DNA of 64,000 nucleotides from Octopus vulgaris (taxonomy: Eukaryota): contig OX597815.1 in the NCBI GenBank assembly GCA_951406725.2, positions 110,608,001 through 110,672,000 on the forward strand, read 5' to 3'. Positions 1-13,192 of this stretch are shown piece by piece. The notes beneath the pieces were generated by a model. That model did no database searches. It worked only from the letters and a program-made list of their open reading frames with translations, and had not been told where the DNA came from. A program made the position numbers and the translations under genes. Positions within the stretch are counted from its first letter, which is position 1. The number at the start of each line of letters is the position of its first letter.

Positions 1-2360
1 ACTGAAGGATCCTACCAAAATTTACAACAACAAGCATGGGAAGACATCACAATAGCAGACCTAAGAAAGGCACTCACGAAGGCCCATAATTGGAAATCCC
101 CCGGTAAAGATAGGGTGCCGAATTTCTGGCTCGCATCGCTCCCATGCGCACACGGTAAGCTAGTTCAGCTGCTCAATGGAATTATGAGAGACCCAAAGAA
201 AACGCCTGAATGGTTAGCAAGTGGTATTACTTACCTACTCCCAAAGAATAACGAAACCAACCTTCCAAAAAACTATCGGCCTATAACCTGTCTATCCACC
301 ACGTATAAAATCCTAACATCTATCCTGGCGGAGAAAACATATACATTCATGGAGAAGAACGATATTTTCCCCATTGAACAAAAAGGGTGCCGCCGAGGCT
401 CATACGGATGCAAAGATCAACTGCTAATTAATCGTATGATCCTTGAGAACTGTCACAACAAGCGCAGAAATCTCAGCTCCGCATGGATTGACTATAAAAA
501 GGCCTTCGACAGTATACCGCATCCATGGATCTTGAGATCGCTGGACATCTTCAAAATTTCCCCTGTGATTTCAAACTTCCTGAAGCACAATATGTCGTTG
601 TGGAATACGAATCTCCAATTATACCACTCTAATGGAGTACTTGCCTCAGAAAATATAAACATCAACTGTGGAATTTTTCAAGGTGACTCACTTTCACCTT
701 TAATATTCTGCATAGCCCTAATACCCCTTACAAGTGAATTAAAGAGAACAGGGTATGGGTATAAAATTGCCAATAAAAAAATAAGCCATCTATTTTATAT
801 GGATGACTTAAAACTCTATGGTAAAGACGATAATGAACCTGAAGGCCTATTGCGCACTGTGAAAGCATTCAGCGATGACATCGGGATGGAGTTTGGACTT
901 GAGAAGTGTGCCAAGGCCACTTTCCAGAAAGGGAAAGTGAAGACCACAAATTCAGTCGTGTTAGATGTTGACACAGTCATAAGAGAGCTTGAGCAAGAAC
1001 AAACATACAAATATTTAGGGATAAATGAAGGCTCTGGTATTCAGCATGCAAGCATGAGAAGATCAGGAAGGAATGTTATAGGAGAGTTCGTGCAGTCTTG
1101 AATTCTGAACTAAATGCACGTAACAAGGTGTTAGCTATAAATTCCTTAGCAGTTCCAGTTGTTACTTATAACTACAATGTGTTGAACTGGAATATGAGTG
1201 AAGTAAAGAATATAGATAGGAAAATACGCAAGCTGCTGAGTTGTAATAGGATGCACCACCCAAAGGCAGACGTAGATCGCCTTTACCTTCCCAGAGCCCA
1301 AGGAGGTCGAGGCCTGATCCAATTTGAACTAGCTTACAAAACAACCACAATTGGACTGGCCAAATATCTTGAAATAACGAATGACTGGATGCTAATGCTC
1401 GTGGAAAATCACGAGAGACGAAAGAAGCTTCATTCTATCATAAAGGAAAGCAAAAAATTTGCTATTGGTCTCGTGCAGGATACCCAAACTGAACAACTCG
1501 AGGGAAGTATGGCAACTATTGTTGCAAAGAAGGTGAAAATAATGGCAACGAAAAAAGCGCACGAGCAATTGGCTGATAGGTGGGAGGAGAAACCTCTGCA
1601 CGGCAAATATGTGGCCCGCAGCAAACAAGCTGATGTTGACCAGAAGCAAACCCATCAGTGGCTACGGAGCTCAGGGCTAAAAGCAGAGAGCGAAGGTTTC
1701 ATCCTGGCTGCTCAAGATCAAAGCCTATTAACCCGGAACTGCCAGGCCAATATGATGGAAAATGGAGCAGACCCAAAATGCCGATTCTGCAACGACATGA
1801 TTGAAACAGTGGACCACCTAATCTCTGGATGTAAAGTCTTAGCACCAGTGGAGTATAAATTAAGACATGACAGAGTTGGCCAATATCTCCACTGGCTAAT
1901 AAGTCGGCATTACAATATCAAAACTGCCGACAAGTGGTATAATCACCACCCTGAGGCTGTAACTGAAGGAGAAAATGTAACGATTCTGTGGGACTTTCCA
2001 GTACATACAGACCGAACCATCAAGGCCAATAAACCAGATATTGTTGTGAAAGACCAAAACAATAAAGTTTGCTTATTGATCGACATGAGCATCCCCTGTG
2101 ATCATAATATCTCAGCGAAAGAGTTTGACAAGCTCAGAAAATATAAAGACCTACTCATTGAAATTGAGAAAATGTGGCATCTCAAGGCGGTTACAATACC
2201 AGTGATCGTAGGAGCACTAGGAATGATCAAGAAGGGAACCGAAAATTATATGAGAATGATCCCTGGCTTACCATCCCTGCAAGAAGTGCAAAAGATTGTC
2301 TTAACTGGTACATCACACGTATTGAGAAGAGCATTGTCGATGTATTTTAATTTAACTTAA
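1..2360 (+). pseudogene. RT-RLE polyprotein ORF with one frameshift near 1057
   Basis: Frame +1 is open from base 1 (TEGSYQ...WKSPGKDRVPNFW) to HASM. The reading continues in frame +3 as KIRKECYRRVRAVLNSELNARNK to the stop at 2360, consistent with loss of ~4 nt. Confidence 0.88.
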
Positions 2361-2513
2361 AAAAAAAAAAATGAACGAATTATTGAGTTTAGTTTAATGG
2401 CCTACCAATGTATACTATGAGTTTCTTTGCCCTAGGAGTCGGGAAGACACTCGGCAAGAAATGGAAGCAAATTTGAAAGAAGAAAAAATAAGTAATAATA
2501 ATAATAATAATAA
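1..2513 (+). mobile_element. R4/Dong-clade non-LTR retrotransposon (RT + restriction-like endonuclease), 5' part outside the window, ending in (TAA)n
   Basis: RT motifs WKSPGKD, YRPITCL, DYKKAFDS, GIFQGDSLSP, YMDD and YKYLG; CCHC knuckle CRFC...HLISGC, RHD, then KPDIV...LIDMSIP...KYKDL (PD-(D/E)xK RLE); short 3' UTR followed by TAA repeats at ~2493-2513. Confidence 0.92.
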
Positions 2514-3126
2514 CTGCAGGTCTCGTGCCTATAGAAGAAAAATATCAATGAGGCAGAAATTAAGAAAAAACAAATAGAAGATACAAACACACAAAACAGG
2601 ATGGAGTTATTGAATAACAGTGTTTTAGGTACACAGCATGTATCTGGAGAAAAGAGAATAGAGGATGGTCATGGATGGAACGTTTTTGACCAAGGCTAAT
2701 TTTGGGTTAAAAAAACAAACAATACATGCACCAGCAACAGCAACAGAAATTGAACATATTTAGCCAATCATCACAAGCACCTAAAATTTAGAGCCGTTTG
2801 TCGAGTCAATGCTGGAATCAATCATTCTAAATTTGCTTCTTTCTTTCTTTCATATTCTTTCATATTCTCATCCTTTATTTTTTCCTTTAATTCATTCGCT
2901 CTTTCGTACCATTTTATTTTCGTTCTCTCTTGTTCTTTTTCTTCTTTCTTTATTATTTTCATTTTTTGTCTTTCACATTATTCTTCATTTATTTTCTGTT
3001 ATCCTTATTTTTGCTTCCTTTTTAAATCTACCTTTTTCTTTCTTACTTTTTTCTTTCTTTCTTACTTTCTTTCTTTCTTTCTGTCATTCAAGTTTCCTTT
3101 TTTATATATTACGTTGTAATTTTTGG

Positions 3127-3169
3127 ACACACACTCACACACACACATAGATACACACACACACACACA

Positions 3170-3246
<77 letters not shown>
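3127..3246. repeat. (CA)n microsatellite
   Basis: Direct inspection. Confidence 0.95.
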
Positions 3247-3248
<2 letters not shown>

Positions 3249-3309
3249 ATACCCATTAACGTACATCAGAGAAGATTCGTTTGACGGAGAATGAGATCTT
3301 TCGGGTCCC

Positions 3310-3398
3310 AGCACTCTTAAGGAGGGTGCTCTCTCAAAATTCAAAGCACCCACTCCCTAGAAAAAATCGTCTCTGACGACTTTTTAGGGAGTGGGTGC
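3310..3398. other. Two adjacent GC-rich hairpins, probably part of a small non-autonomous DNA element
   Basis: agcactct/agggtgct (3310-3330) and gcacccactcccta...tcgtc-tct-gacga...tagggagtgggtgc (3346-3398). Confidence 0.6.
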
Positions 3399-4127
3399 CG
3401 CAGGTCATGGGTACCCCTTTAGCTGTCTGGATCTTGGGCCGATGTACTGGCTGAACCTTTCCCCTCTTACAAACCTTGTACATACATATACTTTTATAAC
3501 CCAGTTGCCTTGTCATTACTAAAGATCTTAAATATTCCAATGTCCTCATGTTTAAAGATAACCGGCCCAAAATAAACTCCACCGAAATCTCATCATACAG
3601 GTTGATAAAAAATAAAAGTCTAGTTACCTTCGGGATACAATGGGAGAAATTTTAGAGTTAGGCTTGCGGTTAGCTCTAGGGGACGTATATATCCACAAGC
3701 CTAACCCTTACCGTGAATAACTGCCTTTATATAATCCCCAACATAAAAGTTATTTTATAAATATCTTTAAAAACTTTTTACAAAGATTAAAGAAGTGTTA
3801 TAGGCCAACTAAAGCTAAAGACCTCGGACCATCTTTGGACATTGTCCTCTTTATTAAATCAAATTTTTTTTAATCTTCACTTGTGTCATTTCTAGAAATT
3901 TAAAATCAATAAGTGAAAAACAAAAACAAAAACTAGGCAAAAAGATTTTAATACATAAATATGATTTAAATGTTATAAAATATGAATATTCTATAATTAT
4001 AAACATAATTATAAACAGGAGTCAGCTAATTGCTTCACCACGCACCGAATTTAGAAATAGGAGTTAAAATGCCTTTTCTACTACAATAAAAAATCTCCCA
4101 GAGACTCACACACACAGACAACCACAA

Positions 4128-4191
<64 letters not shown>

Positions 4192-5308
4192 TTATTTACT
4201 TTTTTACTTTTTTGAATCAGTAGACTTTGAACATGGGTTGTCGAATAAATCGATCCCAGAATGAATATTTCATCAGTCTCTTTTGTCGATTCAGTAACGT
4301 AAACAAATTAACACCGGTTGTTAAACAGTGCAGGGCTAAATACAAACACAAATGCATACTCACATATATGTCTTTAATCATAGTCTCAAGACCGAAAAAG
4401 AGCAAACGAATACTTGAGCAGGTATATCGCGGGGGACGGTAACCATAGCTGAAAGGCCCAACTTTGCCACACACAGTGTCACACGATTTCTACATGAGAA
4501 ATTATTTTAATGGTTCACGTACCTCTGGTGTACTCAGCCATTTATAGTTATGTTCATGAAATCAGCAGTTCGGTTGATAGGTATGTACATACCTATTTGG
4601 TTGATAGGTATATACATACACGCTCACATATACACACAAACACACACACATGTATTTATGTATGTATGAATTGTATGTATGTACGTATGCATATATACGT
4701 GTGCGTGTATCGTTATGTTAAAATTGTAAAATATATTAAATATACATTTTACGTAGTAATACGCACACACACACATATCGGCTGATGTCAGTTATAGTTA
4801 AATACAAAACAATAATATGTTTATTGAATCATTACTCGGGGCAAACACATATTTCAAAACAACAAATTTGAAAGGTAAGAGTGGCAATGATTTCGAAGTT
4901 TCAGGTTAGTGTGTGTGTGTGCATATCAGTGTATGTGCTTGTGTGCATGCATAGATAACGGATGCCAAAATTTCCATGTGGCACGCTTGAAGAATCGTCA
5001 AAATCTTTTCACATGAAATCTCTGATAGCCTTGTTAATCCACAAATAAAATGTGTGTGTGTATACACACATATATATATATACAGTGTATGCCAGAAAGA
5101 AAAATGGCGAGATCAGGCTCAAACTTCGATCACGTGACGACAATAGTAGCAACTATAAGCACGCATACGCAGAAGGCAGTGTAACAATAATTAAGATACA
5201 TTATGGTGGAAGTGCGGATAATTTTTGACTTAACCTCCTATAGATATATATATATATATATATATGTGTATCAAATGAAATAAATGAAAAACAGGATACA
5301 GAGGATGT

Positions 5309-5403
5309 TGCAGTACATATATTTCGAGCTTTATAGAACAACTTATTCTTACATCAATGCATAATCGACATAACAGATAGTTTAAAAGCCCCCTTCAGCC
5401 GCA
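5309..5403 (-). ncRNA. Type-I hammerhead-like motif with a long stem II insert
   Basis: Minus strand: UGCGG-CUGAAGG-GGGCUUU...AAAGCUC-GAAA-UAUAUG-UA-CUGCA. Stems I and II pair; core A9 is replaced by G. Confidence 0.6.
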
Positions 5404-5470
5404 TATACATATATCCTCTCACCTATGCCTCTAGCTGGCATATACAGGTGCTTATCAAGTATTCACCCTG

Positions 5471-5540
<70 letters not shown>

Positions 5541-5666
5541 ATATAGTTGAAATTTACAGAAAAACAGAAGACGAATACAGGTGTATAAACAAGTAGGTAT
5601 CTGTATGCATATGTAGATGTGTGTGTATATATGTGTGTGTAAGTGAGTGCGCGTGTGTTTTTATGC

Positions 5667-5708
<42 letters not shown>

Positions 5709-5972
5709 CTGCGTGTGCACCTGTGTGTGTTTATAAGCAGATCAAGATAAAACAATGCACTTTTTATAACCATTGTTTATAACATTGCAGTGAAATAACA
5801 AACACGTAGATCATAGATGATAGGTAGAAGTGAAAATTCAAAGTTATAGTTATATAACTACACGCGTTTAAAATCTTATTAATCATGCATGCATCCGCTT
5901 TCGAGATTTATCTTTCATTCAGTCTCATTTTTCTCTCCCTTATCCACCTAACTACCAATCTGACTGCCTGCT

Positions 5973-6048
5973 TATCTCTCTATCTATCTCTCTCTCTCTC
6001 TCTCTGTCTATCTATATATCTATCTATCTATCTTTCTATCTATCTATA

Positions 6049-6105
<57 letters not shown>

Positions 6106-6127
6106 GTTTGCCTGTCTGTCAGTGTCT

Positions 6128-6223
<96 letters not shown>

Positions 6224-6271
6224 ATGTGTGTGTGAGTGTGTGTGAAAGAGAAAGAGAGAGAGAGAGAGAGA
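5973..6271. repeat. Compound microsatellite (CT)n-(TATC)n-(TA)n-(TG)n-(GA)n
   Basis: Direct inspection. Confidence 0.95.
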
Positions 6272-7284
6272 GTTATTGATACCACCTAGAAGGTGCTTCT
6301 TTTCCACTCACCAAAGTGAATGAAGCTTTGACCAAGAGGAACCGATGACACGAGACGGTATCCAACGATTATCGGACCTTTCGACACTGAACCTAAAATC
6401 TCACCCCCAACTCCGTTGGTGCGACAGCAGAGATGGCTAAATCACTGCTCATCATCTCCACCTGGCTTTCAACTTAACTGATCTATTTTGTTCCATAACC
6501 AGCACGTGACTCTTTCGGCTGCCTTTCCCATCCTACGTACGCTCACCCTTCGCACTTTAACTCTCGTTCTAACATACAGACCGGGCAGCGAATCCGCTAC
6601 AACCAACTTATATACACACGCACATATACATATATGAACAAATAAGGTTAATATACAAATATATATACGTTTCAGTGTATTTACGGTGGCATGTATTATA
6701 AAGGCTTTTACTAATTATATTTCATCTATCCCTATTATTGTCTTTCATGCTTCGTTTGGAACAATTAACACTTGATCAATAATGAATTCTAAACTAAGTC
6801 AATAACAATCTCATGATCCCCGACTACGATATAGAACCAAGAACAGCTGCCAGTTCATTGTTCCAAATAAAACGTTACAGGTTATATGTGTGTGTGTGTC
6901 TAGAAAGAGAGGGGGAGAGAGAGAGAATGACTTATATAGTATATAAACAAGCATGCATATATATGTTTGTGTGCACGTTGCGTATATAGTACATATATAG
7001 ATATAACTCTTATATAAGTATGTTGCATAATATATATTTATGTGACATTGTATACGAGAAAGTGTTTGTATCCGTACATCGTAGGAAAGGTAGCGTATTT
7101 ATCTTTCACATTTTTTAACGAATAGGTTGACTGAGTTATTCTTTACAACTAAAAGCTTCAAAATAAAAAGCAGCCATTAATCCTGGGTACTACGTGGGAG
7201 TACTATGGCAACCCTCTTAGGCTGTTAAGATATTTTTTTATCATAAAGACAAACACTTCTTTCCCCCGCACTTTCTATATATAC

Positions 7285-7340
<56 letters not shown>

Positions 7341-7407
7341 GCATGTGTCTTAAGGTCTGCTGGTGCCTTGGAAACCTTTTAGCAAATGGAACAACTTGAA
7401 CACTTAC

Positions 7408-7459
7408 TTTGCTCGAGTGCTTGTGGATCATTTACAACGTGTTTTCTTCAGTGAACGAT
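7408..7459 (-). other. Candidate 52-nt internal exon, likely non-coding
   Basis: Minus strand ttttcaatcaacag|atcgtt...gagcaaa|gtaagtg; all three frames contain stops. Confidence 0.25.
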
Positions 7460-8009
7460 CTGTTGATTGAAAAGTTCCTTAAACATTAATATAAAACAGT
7501 CAAGCTCAGATCAGTTGGATTTCTAAATGTATGTCTCATCTCACCCCATCCCTTTATTCTTTCACAATTCACATCAACCTTCATCCAACTCCCATAACAT
7601 TCATGCGTGAGTTGCTTGCTATGGTTTATGGATTTCAGGATAGCTGGTCTACTTTTCTGCTGTTCATACTACCAGCTGCCTGACCCATACTGCAGGTCAT
7701 AATACGTGTGTCTGAAAGGTTCAAGAGGATTACTGCTATAATGAACTGTTTAAGATAATGAATCTTCTTTCATCATATATATATATGTGTGTGTGTGTGT
7801 GTGCTAAAAGATATTCACAAGTTTGACAAAATTTTATTGAAACCTAAAAACTAACAAAATGCAAAATGCTACATTATTTCATTTTTCAATTTCTAAATAA
7901 GGGACTTTAAATGTAACTATATATAACTTAAATATGACTAAGCCAAAGATTGACCCAGGCCGGCTCTAACTTAATAGTACCACCTGATAGCATCTGCTAA
8001 GTAATTTTG

Positions 8010-8855
8010 TGTTATCGTCGCCAATTCAAATAGGGAGTTTTTTGTTGACTGAGATGTATCCAGGTGTAGGTGGCGTATCTGATATCTCTTGAAGAAGTTT
8101 ATCCAGCTATCGTATGAAGGTCATTGGATCGTTTTCTTCTTTGATTTGTTTTGAGAAATAGAGCAGGGCCTGTTGAGGAAAATAAATTGTGTCACAATGA
8201 ATTTATATGCTGTGAGCTTGAATTGTGTTGAGAGTGTATGGCACGTGGCTCTAACCATAGGTGAATTCTGATTCTAATGTTAAGGTCGTTTGTGAAAATC
8301 TAGATAACAGATTGGGATAAGAGCTGTTTCGTTGTACAGGCTGAGTCTAAAGAGTTTATCCAGAGGTTCGTTAGATGGATTGCTAATTAGTGTCTGCCTT
8401 CCTGTAGGACACTAACGGAATCTACCAGACCCTACTGCAGAAAAATAGTTGATTCCATTTATTGCTGTTATGATGTCCAAGACAGTAAAAGTTGTGGCAG
8501 AGAAAATGCGTAGAGGATTGAGTTCGTTCAGGTCCCTTGCATCAGTATCAATGGGATCATTACAAACAGCGCAATATTGTTGGTACAGTACTTCAGCCCT
8601 TTATTTAGCGTCATGGTGGAGAACGCTGTTATAACATATCAGTGGACCAACAGGTGAGATAGCAGTCCTATGCTTCTTGGAATATGAATAGAACACTTTG
8701 GGGTTCTGCTTGAATTTTTTTTGTTTTTTTGTTTTTGATTACCTAGTTTTCCTCTGTAGTTCTTTGGTTGTCTATGCATGTTTCCATACTGATCTGCAGA
8801 TGATATTTTTCCAATACAAGACTTCTTATTGCTGTTGAATGTGAATGCTGTTGGT
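8010..8855 (-). mobile_element. Degenerate, internally deleted CR1-clade LINE
   Basis: Minus-strand translations FKQNPKVFYSYSKK...VGPL...AEVLYQQY and DIITAINGINYFSAVG, then the CR1 C-terminal-like KQIKEENDPMTF..LDKLLQEISDTP.PGY. Confidence 0.7.
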
Positions 8856-8858
8856 GAA

Positions 8859-9637
8859 TAATATATACACATAAAATCACAGAAGGTAAAAATATATATT
8901 CTAATAAAATACAAGTAGAACGGCTTATTAAACGTTAAATATAACGATTGTAAATTCAAAACTACCGAAAAGCCTAATGGACTAATATAAAATAAATAAA
9001 GATAAAAATAAAATAAAATAAGTGTCCACCGACTAAAAAGATTTATCGGACGATTAAAATATTTTTTAAACTATAAAAGATCTTTTTTAAATATTAGAAA
9101 AAGTTTTCTACTTCCCTCACGCAAATATATCCATAGTTCACAAGTAAGCAGACTTCCACAGGTCAAACTCACATACATCTTGAAAGAGTTTTTTTTATTT
9201 CACTCACACAAGTACGTTCAAAGTTCATAATAAACATATATCACCGGTCAAATTCAACATTCACATACATCTATGGCCATTTCGGGAGCTCACCACCGCA
9301 GTTCATTTTAACTAAAGTGCATCATGGCGATGACCTCCCTCCTTCATCAGGATAAACATGAAACACGAAACATGTACAGATCAAAACTTTTATTGAGAAG
9401 CTTATACATTAAAAATTTTTTTTTTTAAATATTTTAATCGTCTGATAAATCTTTTTAGTCGGTGAACACTTATTTTATTTTATTTTTATTTTTATCTATT
9501 TATTTTATATTAGTCCATTAAGATTTTTTGGTAGTTTTGAATTTTTAGTCGTTATATTTAACTTTTGATAAACCGTTCTATTTGTATTTTATTAGAATAT
9601 ATATTTTTACCTTCTGTGATTTTATGTATATGTATTA
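8859..9637. mobile_element. Fold-back cassette with ~210-bp inverted repeats around a hammerhead-containing spacer (Penelope-derived?)
   Basis: Arm 8859-9066 is the reverse complement of arm 9425-9637 with scattered mismatches. Confidence 0.75.
9266..9356 (-). ncRNA. Type-I hammerhead-like ribozyme motif
   Basis: Minus strand: UAUC-CUGAUGA-agga-GGGAG-g-UCAUCGCC...GGUGGUGA-g-CUCCC-GAAA-UGGCCA-UA-GAUG; palindromic stem III as in Penelope minimal hammerheads. Confidence 0.62.
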
Positions 9638-9847
9638 ATTTTTATGTGTGTGTAGACCATGGTGTTTCTTTATATATGATTAAATGTTTGAGGGATGGTG
9701 TTGTATGTAAAGTCGTTGACCCAAATTTAATATTTGTTCAATAACTAATATTTCTTTATCTTCGTCTCATTTATATTTGAGCACTTCTTTTGCAGTCCTA
9801 TAAACTCTTTTGTTTCTATAATAAGTGACAAATATTATTTCTTGTTG

Positions 9848-10030
<183 letters not shown>

Positions 10031-10673
10031 CATACATACAAACACATACACATACACACATTTACTTCAGAGTTTGTAAAATTGTGTGTAGATAAATAAG
10101 TCGGTTAAATTCCGACGTAGTCTAATATTTACATTTTATTTTTGTACTTTTACAATTTTACAGTAGTGTATATTACTTGTAATATTACGATATGTACTAT
10201 TGTAAAATAAAAAAAATAATAAAAACAGAAGCAAAAATAAAATGTGAAAATCGGAGTAATTAAGAGTTTGACTAAATGATATAAAAAATTGTGTGTGTGT
10301 GTGTGTATGTAAATAGTGCATCTAGTTGTTTATTGCCAACTGATGTATCATGTAATATAGAGAAGAAACCGGAACAAAACTTTGAGAAAAAAACCGGAAA
10401 CCAACACTAAATCACGGGTACGCGGGTATATTGTGTAATATACAATTGAAGAAGAAACAGAATCGAATAAAATGTTTGGATTTGATTTTTCATTAAACGG
10501 AAATTATTTCATTCTTTCGTTTTGTTTTTTTATCTAATTTACCATTGTAATTCTTTGTTTTAACTTTTGTGCCATATTTAATGGAAAAACTCTCAATATA
10601 GTTGCCCGTCACTGTCATATATACTCTCAAATTTCTATTTGATAACTCATCCCCTAACCACAACAAAAATAAT

Positions 10674-10887
10674 CCTTTCTACTATAGGAACAAGACCTGA
10701 AATTTTTAGGGAGGTGGCCAGCCGATTAGATCGACTCCAGTACGCAGCTGGTACTTATTTCATCCACCCCGAAAGGATGAAAGGCAAAGTCGACCTCGGC
10801 AGAATTTAAACTCAGAACGTATAGACGGGCGAAATACCGCTAAGCATTTTGCCTAGCGTGCTGACGATTCTGCCAGCTCGCCGCCTT
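10674..10887 (-). mobile_element. Full-length tRNA-derived SINE, family A (head aaggcggcgagctggcagaatcgtt; body gtcgactttgcctttcatcctttcgggg)
   Basis: A-box and B-box-like head (GAGTTYAAATT); homologous to many copies in the window; ~19-bp TSD taaccacaacaaaaataat / taactgcaacaaaaataat. Confidence 0.88.
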
Positions 10888-11283
10888 AACTGCAACAAAA
10901 ATAATGACAATAGCAATTATGACAAAAACATCAATTTTCGAAGATGAAATTTGACGAAAAATGTGCAATCTTTGTATCTGTAAGGCGAACATTGTCTATC
11001 TTTAGATATTAGAGCGAACATCAATGTACTGTTATGAATATACTGCAAATTTGACAGAAAAGTATATCAAGATATGACACGCAGGTGCGGGTATGGTCGT
11101 CTCGTTAAGTACTTTGTTTCGTCATCACTTGGTTCTGTTTTCGGAACCATAACTCAGTGCATTAGTCAAGAGCCTTTGATTCCAAGAAACTTTAACGATA
11201 ATCTTGAGTTGTTCAATATGCATATATAGATATATATGCATATAAACTCTATTGCTATATGAAAAAGCGAGGGTGGGAAACAA

Positions 11284-11400
11284 TTGAGTGGGAGACGTAG
11301 CGACGGTGAGCAAATGATGCTGAATGTAAAGGACTCTGGCCAATGCGAGGAGAAAATAAATCAAGCGCTAGAAGATTTCGAAAATGATCTCCAAGAGAAG
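11284..11400 (+). other. Candidate coding exon (LSGRRSDGEQMMLNVKDSGQCEEKINQALEDFENDLQEK) with a phase-0 donor
   Basis: Non-repetitive, purine-rich open frame with helical, charged composition, ending at AAG|GTAAGG; no clear acceptor, ATGATG present. Confidence 0.3.
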
Positions 11401-12971
11401 GTAAGGAATATGATAAATCATATGATAACACATACACACAAATACACACCATACAACACAATGCATACATAAATACGTACTGACACACGCGCACGTGACA
11501 TGATAAGCATTTACAAGTGCATATATGCATTCATTGCGTATACAATATATATAAATAGCCGTGTGTGTTTTACAGACAAATGCAGCTAACCATTAGAAAA
11601 CGTAACTATAGAATATTATAAAGTACCAAATATCGAGAGCCAATTTAAAACAACCAACACAACGGAAGATTCCCTAGTAAGCCATATTATATTATTGACT
11701 GTTTAGTTTCACAGGCATTAGTGGTCATGGTGTTTAAGATGTTATTGGTATTGGCTTATTGTATACCATTTACAAAGTATCGTTGAATTAACTTGCTCTT
11801 CATTCACTTCTTCTAATGCAGTCATATTCATGTAGACATGCAGCTAAAGAACATTCAACCCTGGGATATCTGTTTTCTTCCTCATTTTTATATTTTCTAT
11901 TTTGGGTGGGGTCTTGAGGCAGTATATTTTGTTGTTATTTATTCCAATGTATCCTTTCTTATTGCAGTGGAGTTTACTAGTTTGGATGCATGGCGTCTGT
12001 TTTTATAAGGCGAGCGACGATACAAAAGTTCTCCCATTGCTCCCACTGCAAACAAGTTCCCTATGATGCGAAACAATTATTCCTTTCTCTATATATTTCT
12101 GACAGTCAATATTAAAATGAGCATCCATTTTCTTTTTAAGTCAGTCTCTTAAAGTATGTTATCTGGCTTGTGTTTCGAGTTAATGTTGTTTTAGCTTGAA
12201 TTCTAGAAAGCTGGTTTACTTTCCTTTTGCCAGTTTATTCGTGTATCCGTTATTAATTAGGTTTCGTTTATACAAGTAGTTGTTATCTAAAATTTGAATG
12301 CCGATATTATTCAATAGCTCTTCATGAGATTTCTGAATAAATATGTCACTGTAACAATGTAGATAATTTATCTATTTAACACATGATATACAATAAGTCA
12401 ACTCCAATAACGTCTTAACTGTAAAGACCACTATAATCCGTTGGCAGCTACATGATTTCTGATCTGATATGACTGACTTTAAAGATGTCGTTCATGATTT
12501 CATTGCTGATAACACTATTGCATGTACTTATTTAACTGTGTGAAACATCTAATACTGTATGTCTGGCAGTAATTAGATGCAACGCTTGTCAGTTTGTAGC
12601 AATACATGTCATTAGTCAAACTTATGTAAACGTGTATCTATTTTCTACTGATACTTACGAGAATATTTAAATGTCGCGATATCAACGTCAAATATATCAT
12701 TTACAATGCACAGTTTGATGACATTAACTACTATATCTACTTCTCTGAATCATTGGCTGTGTGACAAAGATCAGGTCTTTAGATATTAGTGTAATATTCA
12801 TATACTTAGCTGATAATAAAATGCTTGTGTACTCGGCAAAATTTCCTGTAGATAAATTATATTTCAATTGACTGAGTGCCTTTCTAGATATATTACTGTA
12901 ACTACTATGATGAGTCGAATTTCTAGGTTCCAATTTCAGTGAAAACAAACATTTTACCCCGTAACAGTGCG

Positions 12972-13192
12972 TTCATTTCAAATTTTGGCACACGGTTAGA
13001 AATTTCAAGGGGTGGGAGAATTTATTTACATGGCCCCCACCAATACTTGACTGATATTTATTTAAATTGACCTCAAAAGGATGAAGGTTAAGTCGTCCTC
13101 GACAGCATTTAAATTCAGAACGTAAAGAGCCGGAAGAAATGCTGCTAAGCATTTTTTTCTTGCACATAAGGATTCTTTCACTTCACCACCTT
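12972..13192 (-). mobile_element. Degenerate family-A SINE
   Basis: Homology to the 10674-10887 copy. Confidence 0.7.

Noticed and set aside
4465-4482. CACAGTG heptamer (RSS- or Transib-like)
   Set aside because: No nonamer at 12 or 23 spacing and no matching opposite end; expected by chance.
11880-12520. Possible second decayed RLE retroelement on the minus strand (HKPDNIL, GAMG fragments)
   Set aside because: Too few residues are recognisable by eye; it needs a frameshift-aware profile search.
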